Source of the DNA: Eledone cirrhosa
Taxonomy: Eukaryota
Reading direction: 5' to 3'
DNA length: 64,000 nt
Assembly (NCBI GenBank): GCA_964016885.1
Contig: OZ024742.1
Span: 360,034,001-360,098,000, forward strand
Numbering within the stretch: the stretch's first letter is position 1; every line of letters begins with the position of its first letter. The position numbers were made by a program, and so were the translations under genes. Of this stretch, positions 13,350-26,500 are shown piece after piece. A model generated the notes under the pieces. That model made no database searches, was not told where the DNA came from, and saw nothing but the letters and a program-made list of their open reading frames with translations.

Positions 13350-16260
13350 GGAGAAGAGAGATAGAAAGGCTGAGATATGAAGGAAGAGAAGAGATAGAAA
13401 GGCTGGGATATGAAGGAGGAGAAAATAGATAGAAAGGCTGAGATGTGAACGAGGAGAAGAGAGATAGAAAGGCTGGGATGTGAAGGTGGAGGAGAGAGAT
13501 AGAAAGGCTGAGATATGAAGGAGGAGAAGAGATAGAAAGGCTGGGATATGAAGGAGGAGAAAATAGATAGAAATGCTGAGATGTGAAGGAGGAGAAGAGA
13601 GATAGAAAGGCTGGGATGTGAAGGTGGAGGAGAGAGATAGAAAGGCTGGGATGTGAAGGTGGAGAAGAGAGATGGAAAGGCTGGGATGTGAAGGTGGAGA
13701 AGAGAGATGGAAAGTCTGAGATGTGAAGGAGGAGAAGATAGTTAGAAAGGCTGGGATGTGCAGGAGCAGAAGAGAGATAGAAAGGCTGGGATGTAAAGGT
13801 GGAGGAGAGAGATGGAAAGGCTGAGATGTGAAGGTGGAGGAGAGAGATAGAAAGTCTGGGATGTGACGGAGGAGAAGAGATAGAAAGACTGGGATGTGAA
13901 GCAGGAGACAAGAGATAGAAAGGCTGGGATGTGACGGTGGAGAGGAGAGATAGAAAGGCTGGGATGTGAAGGTGGAGAAGAGAGGTATAATGGGTGGGAT
14001 GTGAAGGTAGAGAAGAGAGATAGAAAGACTGGGATGTGACGGAGGAGAAGATAGATAGGAAGGCTGGGATGTGAAGGTGGAGGAGAGAGATATAAAGGCT
14101 GGGATGTGAAGGAGGAGTAGGAAGATAGAAAGGCTGAGATGTGAAGGAAGAGAAGAGAGATAGAAAGGCTGAGATATGATTGAGGAGAAGAGAGATAGAA
14201 AGGCTGGGATGTGAAGGTGGAGGAGAAGATAGAAAGGCTGGGATGTGACGAAGGAGAAGAGAGATAGAAAGATTGGGATGTGAAGAAAGAGACGAGAGAT
14301 AGAAAGGCTGGGATGTGACAGTGGAGAAGATAGATAGGAAGGCTGGGATGTGAAGGTGGAGGAGAAGATAGAAAGGCTGGGATGTGAAGGTAGAGTAGAC
14401 AGATAGAAAGGCTGGGATGTGAAGAAGGAGAAGATACATAGAAAGGCTGGGATGTGAAGATGGAGAAGAGAGATTGAAAGGCTGACATGTGAAGGAAGAG
14501 AAGAGATATAGAAAGGCTGAGATATGAAGGAGGAGAAGAGAGATAGAAAGGCTGGGATGTGAAGGTGGAGAAGATAGATAGAAAGGCTGGGATGTGAAGG
14601 TGGAGAAGAGAGATAGAAAGGCTGGGATATGACGGAGGAGAAGATAGATAGAAAGGCTGAGATGTGAACGAGGAGAAGAGAGATAGAAAGGCTGGGATGT
14701 GAAGGTGGAGGAGAGAGATAGAAAGGCTGAGATATGAAGGAGGAGAAGAGGTAGAAAGGCTGGGATATGAAGGAGGAGAAAATAGATAGAAAGGCTGAGA
14801 TGTGAAGGAGGAGAAGAGAGATAGAAAGGCTGGGATGTGAAGGTGGAGGAGAGAGATAGAAAGGCTGGGATGTGAAGGTGGAGAAGAGAGATGGAAAGGC
14901 TGGGATGTGAAGGTGGAGGAGAGAGATGGACAGTCTGAGATATGAAGGAGGAGAAGAGAGATAGAAAGGCTGAGATATGAAGGAGGAGAAGAGATAGAAA
15001 GGCTGGGATATGAAGGAGGAGAAAATAGATAGAAAGGCTGAGATGTGAACGAGGAGAAGAGAGATAGAAAGGCTGGGATGTGAAGGTGGAGGAGAGAGAT
15101 AGAAAGGCTGAGATATGAAGGAGGAGAAGAGATAGAAAGGCTGGGATATGAAGGAGGAGAAAATAGATAGAAAGGCTGAGATGTGAAGGAGGAGAAGAGA
15201 GATAGAAAGGCTGGGATGTGAAGGTGGAGGAGAGAGATAGAAAGGCTGGGATGTGAAGGTGGAGAAGAGAGATGGAAAGGCTGGGATGTGAAGGTGGAGA
15301 AGAGAGATGGAAAGTCTGAGATGTGAAGGAGGAGAAGATAGTTAGAAAGGCTGGGATGTGCAGGAGCAGAAGAGAGATAGAAAGGCTGGGATGTAAAGGT
15401 GGAGGAGAGAGATGGAAAGGCTGAGATGTGAAGGTGGAGGAGAGAGATAGAAAGTCTGGGATGTGACGGAGGAGAAGAGTTAGAAAGACTGGGATGTGAA
15501 GCAGGAGACAAGAGATAGAAAGGCTGGGATGTGACGGTGGAGAGGAGAGATAGAAAGGCTGGGATGTGAAGGTGGAGAAGAGAGGTATAATGGGTGGGAT
15601 GTGAAGGTAGAGAAGAGAGATAGAAAGGCTGGGATGTGACGGAGGAGAAGATAGATAGGAAGGCTGGGATGTGAAGGTGGAGGAGAGAGATACAAAGGCT
15701 GGGATGTGAAGGAGGAGTAGGAAGATAGAAAGGCTGAGATGTGAAGGAAGAGAAGAGAGATAGAAAGGCTGAGATATGATGGAGGAGAAGAGAGATAGAA
15801 AGGCTGGGATGTGAAGGTGGAGGAGAAGATAGAAAGGCTGGGATGTGACGAAGGAGAAGAGAGATAGAAAGATTGGGATGTGAAGAAAGAGACGAGAGAT
15901 AGAAAGGCTGGGATGTGACAGTGGAGAAGATAGATAGGAAGGCTGGGATGTGAAGGTGGAGGAGAAGATAGAAAGGCTGGGATGTGAAGGTAGAGTAGAC
16001 AGATAGAAAGGCTGGGATGTGAAGAAGGAGAAGATACATAGAAAGGCTGGGATGTGAAGATGGAGAAGAGAGATTGAAAGGCTGACATGTGAAGGAAGAG
16101 AAGAGATATAGAAAGGCTGAGATATGAAGGAGGAGAAGAGAGATAGAAAGGCTGGGATGTGAAGGTGGAGAAGATAGATAGAAAGGCTGGGATGTGAAGG
16201 TGGAGAAGAGAGATAGAAAGGCTGGGATGTGACGGAGGAGAAGATAGATAGAAAGGCTGG
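13350..16260 (+). repeat. Duplicated ~1.3 kb block, offset 1600 bp
   Basis: GTTAG (13742/15342), AGAGGTATAATGGG (13981/15581) and the GATACATAG-derived ORF starts (14439/16039) all give 1600. Confidence 0.9.
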
Positions 16261-19200
16261 GATGTGAAAAAGAGAAGATAGATAGAAAGGCTGGGAATTG
16301 AAGGTAAGGGAAGAGAGAGAGAAATGCTGAGATGTTGAAGGTGGAGAAGAGAGATAGAAAGGCTGGGATGTGAAGGTAGAGAGGAGAGATAGAAAGGCTG
16401 AGATATGATGGAGGAGAAGAGAGATAGAAAGGCTGGGATGTGAAGGTGGAGGAGAAGATAGAAAGGCTGGGATGTGAAGGTGGAGGAGAAGATGGAAAGG
16501 CTGGGATGTGAAGGTAGAAGAGAGAGATAGAAAGGCTGGGATGTGAAGGAGGAGAAGATAGATAGAAAGGCTGGGATGTGAAGGTGGAGAAGAGAGGTTG
16601 AAAGGCTGAGATGTGAAGGAAGAGAAGAGAGATAGAAAGGCTGAGATATGAAGGAGGAGAAGAGAGATAGAAAGGCTGGGATGTGAAGGTGGAGACGAGA
16701 GATAGAAATGCTGAGATGTGAAGGTGGAGAAGAGAGATAGAAAGGCTGAGATATGAAGGAGGAGAAGAGATAGAAAGGCTGGGATATGAAGGAGGAGAAA
16801 ATAGATAGAAAGGCTGAGATGTGAACGAGGAGAAGAGATAGAAAGGCTGGGATATGAAGGAGGAGAAAATAGATAGAAAGGCTGAGATGTGAACGAGGAG
16901 AAGAGAGATAGAAAGGCTGGGATGTGAAGGTGGAGGAGAGAGATAGAAAGGCTGAGATATGAAGGAGGAGAAGAGGTAGAAAGTCTGGGATATGAAGGAG
17001 GAGAAAATAGATAGAAAGGCTGAGATGTGAAGGAGGAGAAGAGAGATAGAAAGGCTGGGATGTGAAGGTGGAGGAGAGAGATAGAAAGGCTGGGATGTGA
17101 AGGTGGAGAAGAGAGATGGAAAGGCTGGGATGTGAAGGTGGAGGAGAGAGATGGACAGTCTGAGATATGAAGGAGGAGAAGAGAGATAGAAAGGCTGAGA
17201 TATGAAGGAGGAGAAGAGATAGAAAGGCTGGGATATGAAGGAGGAGAAAATAGATAGAAAGGCTGAGATGTGAACGAGAAGAAGAGAGATAGAAAGGCTG
17301 GGATGTGAAGGTGGAGGAGAGAGATAGAAAGGCTGAGATATGAAGGAGGAGAAGAGATAGAAAGGCTGCGATATGAAGGAGGAGAAAATAGATAGAAAGG
17401 CTGAGATGTGAAGGAGGAGAAGAGAGATAGAAAGGCTGGGATGTGAAGGTGGAGGAGAGAGATAGAAATGCTGAGATGTGAAGGTGGAGAAGAGAGATAG
17501 AAAGGCTGAGATATGAAGGAGGAGAAGAGATAGAAAGGCTGGGATATGAAGGAGGAGAAAATAGATAGAAAGGCTGAGATGTGAACGAGGAGAAGAGAGA
17601 TAGAAAGGCTGGGATGTGAAGGTGGAGGAGAGAGATAGAAAGGCTGAGATATGAAGGAGGAGAAGAGATAGAAAGGCTGGGATATGAAGGAGGAGAAAAT
17701 AGATAGAAAGGCTGAGATGTGAAGGAGGAGAAGAGAGATAGAAAGGCTGGGATGTGAAGGTGGAGGAGAGAGATAGAAAGGCTGGGATGTGAAGGTGGAG
17801 AAGAGAGATGGAAAGGCTGGGATGTGAAGGTGGAGAAGAGAGATGGAAAGTCTGAGATGTGAAGGAGGAGAAGATAGTTAGAAAGGCTGGGATGTGCAGG
17901 AGCAGAAGAGAGATAGAAAGGCTGGGATGTAAAGGTGGAGGAGAGAGATGGAAAGGCTCAGATGTGAAGGTGGAGGAGAGAGATAGAAAGTCTGGGATGT
18001 GACGGAGGAGAAGAGATAGAAAGACTGGGATGTGAAGCAGGAGACAAGAGATAGAAAGGCTGGGATGTGACGGTGGAGAGGAGAGATAGAAAGGCTGGGA
18101 TGTGAAGGTGGAGAAGAGAGGTATAAAGGGTGGGATGTGAAGGTAGAGAAGAGAGATAGAAAGGCTGGGATGTGACGGAGGAGAAGATAGATAGGAAGGC
18201 TGGGATGTGAAGGTGGAGGAGAGAGATACAAAGGCTGGGATGTGAAGGAGGAGTAGGAAGATAGAAAGGCTGAGATGTGAAGGAAGAGAAGAGAGATAGA
18301 AAGGCTGAGATATGATGGAGGAGAAGAGAGATAGAAAGGCTGGGATGTGAAGGTGGAGGAGAAGATAGAAAGGCTGGGATGTGACGAAGGAGAAGAGAGA
18401 TAGAAAGATTGGGATGTGAAGAAAGAGACGAGAGATAGAAAGGCTGGGATGTGACAGTGGAGAAGATAGATAGGAAGGCTGGGATGTGAAGGTGGAGGAG
18501 AAGATAGAAAGGCTGGGATGTGAAGGTAGAGTAGACAGATAGAAAGGCTGGGATGTGAAGAAGGAGAAGATACATAGAAAGGCTGGGATGTGAAGATGGA
18601 GAAGAGAGATTGAAAGGCTGACGTGTGAAGGAAGAGAAGAGATATAGAAAGGCTGAGATATGAAGGAGGAGAAGAGAGATAGAAAGGCTGGGATGTGAAG
18701 GTGGAGAAGATAGATAGAAAGGCTGGGATGTGAAGGTGGAGAAGAGAGATAGAAAGGCTGGGATGTGACGGAGGAGAAGATAGATAGAAAGGCTGGGATG
18801 TGAAAAAGAGAAGATAGATAGAAAGGCTGGGAATTGAAGGTAAGGGAAGAGAGAGAGAAATGCTGAGATGTTGAAGGTGGAGAAGAGAGATAGAAAGGCT
18901 GGGATGTGAAGGTAGAGAGGAGAGATAGAAAGGCTGGGATGTGAAGGTGGAGGAGAGATAGAAAGGCTGAGATGTGAAGGCGGAGGAGAGAGATAGAAAG
19001 GCTGGGATGTGAAGGTGGAGAGGAGAGACAGAAAGGCTGGGATATGAAGGAGGAGAAGAGATAGAAAGGCTGGGATATGAAGGTGGAGAAGAGAGATAGA
19101 AAGGCTGAGATATGAAGGAGGAGAAGAGATAGAAAGGCTGGGATATGAAGGAGGAGAAAATAGATAGAAAGGCTGAGATGTGAACGAGGAGAAGAGAGAT

Positions 19201-20560
19201 AGAAAGGCTGGGATGTGAAGGTGGAGGAGAGAGATGGAAAGGCTGAGATATGAAGGAGGAGAAGAGATAGAAAGGCTGGGATATGAAGGAGGAGAAGAGA
19301 GATAGAAAGGCTGGGATGTGAAGGTGGAGACGAGAGATAGAAATGCTGAGATGTGAAGGTGGAGAAGAGAGATAGAAAGGCTGAGATATGAAGGAGGAGA
19401 AGAGATAGAAAGGCTGGGATATGAAGGAGGAGAAAATAGATAGAAAGGCTGAGATGTGAACGAGGAGAAGAGATAGAAAGGCTGGGATATGAAGGAGGAG
19501 AAAATAGATAGAAAGGCTGAGATGTGAACGAGGAGAAGAGAGATAGAAAGGCTGGGATGTGAAGGTGGAGGAGAGAGATAGAAAGGCTGAGATATGAAGG
19601 AGGAGAAGAGGTAGAAAGGCTGGGATATGAAGGAGGAGAAAATAGATAGAAAGGCTGAGATGTGAAGGAGGAGAAGAGAGATAGAAAGGCTGGGATGTGA
19701 AGGTGGAGGAGAGAGATAGAAAGGCTGGGATGTGAAGGTGGAGAAGAGAGATGGAAAGGCTGGGATGTGAAGGTGGAGGAGAGAGATGGACAGTCTGAGA
19801 TATGAAGGAGGAGAAGAGAGATAGAAAGGCTGAGATATGAAGGAGGAGAAGAGATAGAAAGGCTGGGATATGAAGGAGGAGAAAATAGATAGAAAGGCTG
19901 AGATGTGAACGAGAAGAAGAGAGATAGAAAGGCTGGGATGTGAAGGTGGAGGAGAGAGATAGAAAGGCTGAGATATGAAGGAGGAGAAGAGATAGAAAGG
20001 CTGCGATATGAAGGAGGAGAAAATAGATAGAAAGGCTGAGATGTGAAGGAGGAGAAGAGAGATAGAAAGGCTGGGATGTGAAGGTGGAGGAGAGAGATAG
20101 AAATGCTGAGATGTGAAGGTGGAGAAGAGAGATAGAAAGGCTGAGATATGAAGGAGGAGAAGAGATAGAAAGGCTGGGATATGAAGGAGGAGAAAATAGA
20201 TAGAAAGGCTGAGATGTGAACGAGGAGAAGAGAGATAGAAAGGCTGGGATGTGAAGGTGGAGGAGAGAGATAGAAAGGCTGAGATATGAAGGAGGAGAAG
20301 AGATAGAAAGGCTGGGATATGAAGGAGGAGAAAATAGATAGAAAGGCTGAGATGTGAAGGAGGAGAAGAGAGATAGAAAGGCTGGGATGTGAAGGTGGAG
20401 GAGAGAGATAGAAAGGCTGGGATGTGAAGGTGGAGAAGAGAGATGGAAAGGCTGGGATGTGAAGGTGGAGAAGAGAGATGGAAAGTCTGAGATGTGAAGG
20501 AGGAGAAGATAGTTAGAAAGGCTGGGATGTGCAGGAGCAGAAGAGAGATAGAAAGGCTGG
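14950..20560 (+). repeat. Overlapping duplications with offsets 2536 and 2635 bp
   Basis: Offset 2536: GTTAG 15342/17878 and GAATTG 16295/18831. Offset 2635: GCTGCGATATG 17369/20004 and GTTAG 17878/20513. Confidence 0.85.
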
Positions 20561-23500
20561 GATGTGAAGGTGGAGGAGAAGATAGAAAGGCTGGGATGTG
20601 ACGAAGGAGAAGAGAGATAGAAAGACTGGGATGTGAAGAAAGAGACGAGAGATAGAAAGGCTGGGATGTGACAGTGGAGAAGATAGATAGGAAGGCTGGG
20701 ATGTGAAGGTGGAGGAGAAGATAGAAAGGCTGGGATGTGAAGGTAGAGTAGACAGATAGAAAGGCTGGGATGTGAAGAAGGAGAAGGTACATAGAAAGGC
20801 TGGGATGTGAAGATGGAGAAGAGAGATTGAAAGGCTGAGATGTGATGGAATAGAAGAGATATAGAAAGGCTGAGATATGAAGGAGGAGAAGAGAGATAGA
20901 AAGGCTGGGATGTGAAGGTGGAGAAGATAGATAGAAAGGCTGGGATGTGAAGGTGGAGAAGAGAGATAGAAAGGCTGGGATGTGACGGAGGAGAAGATAG
21001 ATAGAAAGGCTGGAATGTGAAAAAGAGAAGATAGATAAAAAGGCTGGGAATTGAAGGTAAGGGAAGAGAGAGAGAAATGCTGAGATGTGAAGGTGGAGAA
21101 GAGAGATAGAAAGGCTGGGATGTGAAGGTAGAGAGGAGAGATAGAAAGGCTGGGATGTGAAGGTGGAGGAGAGATAGAAAGGCTGAGATGTGAAGGCGGA
21201 GTAGAGAGATAGAAAGGCTGGGATGTGAAGGTGGAGAGGAGAGACAGAAAGGCTGGGATGTGAAGGTGGAGGAGAGATAGGAAGGCTGAGATGTGAAGTA
21301 GAGAAGAGAGATAGAAAGGCTGAGATATGAAGGAAGAGAAGAGATAGAAAGGCTGAGATATGAAGGAGGAGAAAATAGATAGAAAAGCTGAGATGTGAAC
21401 GAGAAGAGAGATAGAAAGGCTGGGATGTGAAGGTGGAGGAGAGAGATAGAAAGGCTGGGATGTGAAGGTGGAGGAGAGAGATGGAAAGTCTGGGATGTGA
21501 AGGTGGAGAAGAGAGATGGAAAGTCTGAGGTGTGAAGGAGGAGAAGATAGTTAGAAAGGCTGGGATGTGCAGGAGCAGAAGAGAGACAGAAAGGCTGGGA
21601 TGTGAAGGTGGAGAAGACAGATGGAAAGGCTGAGATGTGAAGGTGGAGGAGAGAGATGGAAACTCTGGGATGTGACGGAGGAGAAGAGAGATAGAAAGAC
21701 TGGGATGTGAAGGAGGAGACAAGAGATAGAAAGGCTGGGATGTGACGGTGGAGAGGAGAGATAGAAAGGCTGGGATGTGAAGGTGGAGAAGAGAGGTATA
21801 AAGGGTGGGATGTGAAGGTAGAGAAGAGAGATAGAAAGGCTGGGATGTGACGGAGGAGAAGATAGATAGGAAGGCTGGGATGTGAAGGTGGAGGAGAGAG
21901 ATACAAAGGCTGGGATGTGAAGGAGGAGTAGGAAGATAGAAAGGCTGAGATGTGAAGGAAGAGAAGCGAGATAGAAAGGCTGAGATATGATGGAGGAGAA
22001 GAGAGATAGAAAGGCTGGGATGTGAAGGTGGAGGAGAAGATAGAAAGGCTGGGATGTGAAGGTGGAGGAGAAGATAGAAAGGCTGGGATGTGAAGGTAGA
22101 AGAGAGAGATAGAAAGGCTGGGATGTGAAGGAGGAGAAGATAGATAGAAAGGCTGGGATGTGAAGGTGGAGAAGAGAGGTTGAAAGACTGAGATGTGAAG
22201 GAAGAGAAGAGAGATAGAAAGGCTGAGATATGAAGGAGGAGAAGAGAGATAGAAAGGCTGGGATGTGAAGGTGGAGAAGAGAGATAGAAATGCTGAGATG
22301 TGAAGGTGGAGAAGAGAGATAGAAAGGCTGAGATATGAAGGAGGAGAAGAGATAGAAAGGCTGGGATATGAAGGAGGAGAAAATAGATAGAAAGGCTGAG
22401 ATGTGAACGAGGAGAAGAGATAGAAAGACTGGGATATGAAGGAGGAGAAAATAGATAGAAAGGCTGAGATGTGAACGAGGAGAAGAGAGATAGAAAGGCT
22501 GGGATGTGAAGGTGGAGAAGAGAGATGGAAAGGCTGGGATGTGAAGGTGGAGGAGAGAGATGGACAGTCTGAGATATGAAGGAGGAGAAGAGAGATAGAA
22601 AGGCTGAGATATGAAGGAGGAGAAGAGATAGAAAGGCTGGGATATGAAGGAGGAGAAAATAGATAGAAAGTCTGAGATGTGAACGAGGAGAAGAGAGATA
22701 GAAAGGCTGGGATGTGAAGGTGGAGGAGAGAGATAGAAAGGCTGAGATATGAAGGAGGAGAAGAGATAGAAAGGCTGGGATATGAAGGTGGAGAAGAGAG
22801 ATAGAAAGGCTGAGATATGAAGGAGGAGAAGAGATAGAAAGGCTGGGATATGAAGGAGGAGAAAATAGATAGAAAGGCTGAGATGTGAACGAGGAGAAGA
22901 GAGATAGAAAGGCTGGGATGTGAAGGTGGAGGAGAGAGATAGAAAGGCTGAGATATGAAGGAGGAGAAGAGATAGAAAGGCTGGGATATGAAGGAGGAGA
23001 AAATAGATAGAAAGGCTGAGATGTGATGGAGGAGAAGAGAGATAGAAAGGCTGGGATGTGAAGGTGGAGGAGAGAGATAGAAAGGCTGGGATGTGAAGGT
23101 GGAGAAGAGAGATGGAAAGGCTGGGATGTGAAGGTGGAGAAGAGAGATGGAAAGTCTGAGATGTGAAGGAGGAGAAGATAGTTAGAAAGGCTGGGATGTG
23201 CAGGAGCAGAAGAGAGATAGAAAGGCTGGGATGTAAAGGTGGAGGAGAGGGATAGAAAGGCTGGGATGTGAAGGTGGAGAAGAGAGATGGAAAGGCTGAG
23301 ATGTGAAGGTGGAGGAGAGAGATAGAAAGTCTGGGATGTGACGGAGGAGAAGAGAGATAGAAAGACTGGGATGTGAAGGAGGAGACAAGAGATAGAAAGG
23401 CTGGTATGAGACGGTGGAGGGGAGAGATAGAAAGGCTGGGATGTGAAGGTGGAGAAGAGAGGTATAAGGGGTGGGATGTGAAGGTAGAGAAGAGATATAG

Positions 23501-26500
23501 AAAGGCTGGGATGTGACGGAGGAGAAGATAGATAGGAAGGCTGGGATGTGAAGGTGGAGGAGAGAGATACAAAGGCTGGGATGTGAAGAAGGAGTAGGAA
23601 GATAGAAAGGCTGAGATGTGAAGGAAGAGAAGAGAGATAGAAAGGCTGAGATATGATGGAGGAGAAGAGAGATAGAAAGGCTGGGATGTGAAGGTGGAGG
23701 AGAAGATAGAAAGGCTGGGATGTGACGAAGGAGAAGAGAGATAGAAAGACTGGGATGTGAAGAAAGAGACGAGAGATAGAAAGGCTGGGATGTGACAGTG
23801 GAGAAGATAGATAGGAAGGCTGGGATGTGAAGGTGGAGGAGAAGATAGAAAGGTTGGGATGTGAAGGTAGAGTAGACAGATAGAAAGGCTGGGATGTGAA
23901 GAAGGAGAAGGTACATAGAAAGGCTGGGATGTGAAGATGGAGAAGAGAGATTGAAAGGCTGAGATGTGATGGAATAGAAGAGATATAGAAAGGCTGAGAT
24001 ATGAAGGAGGAGAAGAGAGATAGAAAGGCTGGGATGTGAAGGTGGAGAAGATAGATAGAAAGGCTGGGATGTGAAGGTGGAGAAGAGAGATAGAAAGGCT
24101 GGGATGTGACGGAGGAGAAGATAGATAGAAAGGCTGGGATATGAAAAAGAGAAGATAGATAGAAAGGCTGGGAATTGAAGGTAAGGGAAGATAGAGAGAA
24201 ATGCTGAGATGTGAAGGTGGAGAAGAGAGATAGAAAGGCTGGGATGTGAAGGTCGAGAGGAGAGATAGAAAGGCTGGGATGTGAAGGTGGAGGAGAGATA
24301 GAAAGGCTGAGATGTGAAGGCGGAGGAGAGAGATAGAAAGGCTGGGATGTGAAGGTGGAGAGGAGAGACAGAAAGGCTGGGATGTGAAGGTGGAGGATAG
24401 ATAGGAAGGCTGAGATGTGAAGGTGGAGAAGAGAGATAGAAAGGCTGAGATATGAAGGAGGAGAAGAGATAGAAAGGCTGGGATATGAAGGAGGAGAAAA
24501 TAGATAGAAAGGCTGAGATGTGAACGAGGAGAAGAGAGATAGAAAGGCTGGGATGTGAAGGTGGAGGAGAGAGATAGAAAGGCTGAGATATGAAGGAGGA
24601 GAAGAGATAGAAAGGCTGGGATATGAAGGAGGAGAAAATAGATAGAAAGGCTGAGATGTGAAGGAGGAGAAGAGAGATAGAAAGGCTGGGATGTGAAGGT
24701 GGAGGAGAGAGATAGAAAGGCTGGGATGTGAAGGTGGAGGAGAGAGATGGAAAGTCTGGGATGTGAAGGTGGAGAAGAGAGATGGAAAGTCTGAGATGTG
24801 AAGGAGGAGAAGATAGTTAGAAAGGCTGGGATGTGCAGGAGCAGAAGAGAGACAGAAAGGCTGGGATGTGAAGGTGGAGAAGACAGATGGAAAGGCTGAG
24901 ATGTGAAGGTGGAGGAGAGAGGTAGAAAGTCTGGGATGTGACGGAGGAGAAGAGAGATAGAAAGACTGGGATGTGAAGGAGGAGACAAGAGATAGAAAGG
25001 CTGGGATGTGACGGTGGAGAGGAGAGATAGAAAGGCTGGGATGTGAAGGTGGAGAAGAGAGGTATAAAGGGTGGGATGTGAAGGTAGAGAAGAGAGATAG
25101 AAAGGCTGGGATGTGACGGAGGAGAAGATAGATAGGAAGGCTGGGATGTGAAGGTGGAGGAGAGAGATACAAAGGCTGGGATGTGATGGAGGAGTAGGAA
25201 GATAGAAAGGCTGAGATTTGAAGGAAGAGAAGAGAGATAGAAAGGCTGAGATATGATGGAGGAGAAGAGAGATAGAAAGGCTGGGATGTGAAGGTGGAGA
25301 AGAGAGGTTGAAAGGCTGAGATGTGAAGGAAGAGAAGAGAGATAGAAAGGCTGAGATATGAAGGAGGAGAAGAGAGATAGAAAGGCTAGGATGTGAAGGT
25401 GGAGAAGAGAGATAGAAATGCTGAGATGTGAAGGTGGAGAAGAGAGATAGAAAGGCTGAGATATGAAGGAGGAGAAGAGATAGAAAGGCTGGGATATGAA
25501 GGAGGAGAAAATAGATAGAAAGGCTGAGATGTGAACGAGGAGAAGAGATAGAAAGGCTGGGATATGAAGGAGGAGAAAATAGATAGAAAGGCTGAGATGT
25601 GAACGAGGAGAAGAGAGATAGAAAGGCTGGGATGTGAAGGTGGAGGAGAGAGATAGAAAGGCTGAGATATGAAGGAGGAGAAGAGATAGAAAGGCTGGGA
25701 TATGAAGGAGGAGAAAATAGATAGAAAGGCTGAGATGTGAAGGAGGAGAAGAGAGATAGAAAGGCTGGGATGTGAAGGTGGAGGAGAGAGATAGAAAGGC
25801 TGGGATGTGAAGGTGGAGAAGAGAGATGGAAAGGCTGGGATGTGAAGGTGGAGGAGAGAGATGGACAGTCTGAGATATGAAGGAGGAGAAGAGAGATAGA
25901 AAGGCTGAGATATGAAGGAGGAGAAGAGATAGAAAGGCTGGGATATGAAGGAGGAGAAAATAGATAGAAAGGCTGAGATGTGAACGAGGAGAAGAGAGAT
26001 AGAAAGGCTGGGATGTGAAGGTGGAGGAGAGAGATAGAAAGGCTGAGATATGAAGGAGGAGAAGAGATAGAAAGGCTGGGATATGAAGGAGGAGAAAATA
26101 GATAGAAAGGCTGAGATATGATGGAGGAGAAGAGAGATAGAAAGGCTGGGATGTGAAGGTGGAGGAGAGAGATAGAAATGCTGAGATGTGAAGGTGGAGA
26201 AGAGAGATAGAAAGGCTGAGATATGAAGGAGGAGAAGAGATAGAAAGGCTGGGATATGAAGGAGGAGAAAATAGATAGAAAGGCTGAGATGTGAACGAGG
26301 AGAAGAGAGATAGAAAGGCTGGGATGTGAAGGTGGAGGAGAGAGATAGAAAGGCTGAGATATGAAGGAGGAGAAGAGATAGAAAGGCTGGGATATGAAGG
26401 AGGAGAAAATAGATAGAAAGGCTGAGATGTTAAGGAGGAGAAGAGAGATAGAAAGGCTGGGATGTGAAGGTGGAGGAGAGAGATAGAAAGGCTGGGATGT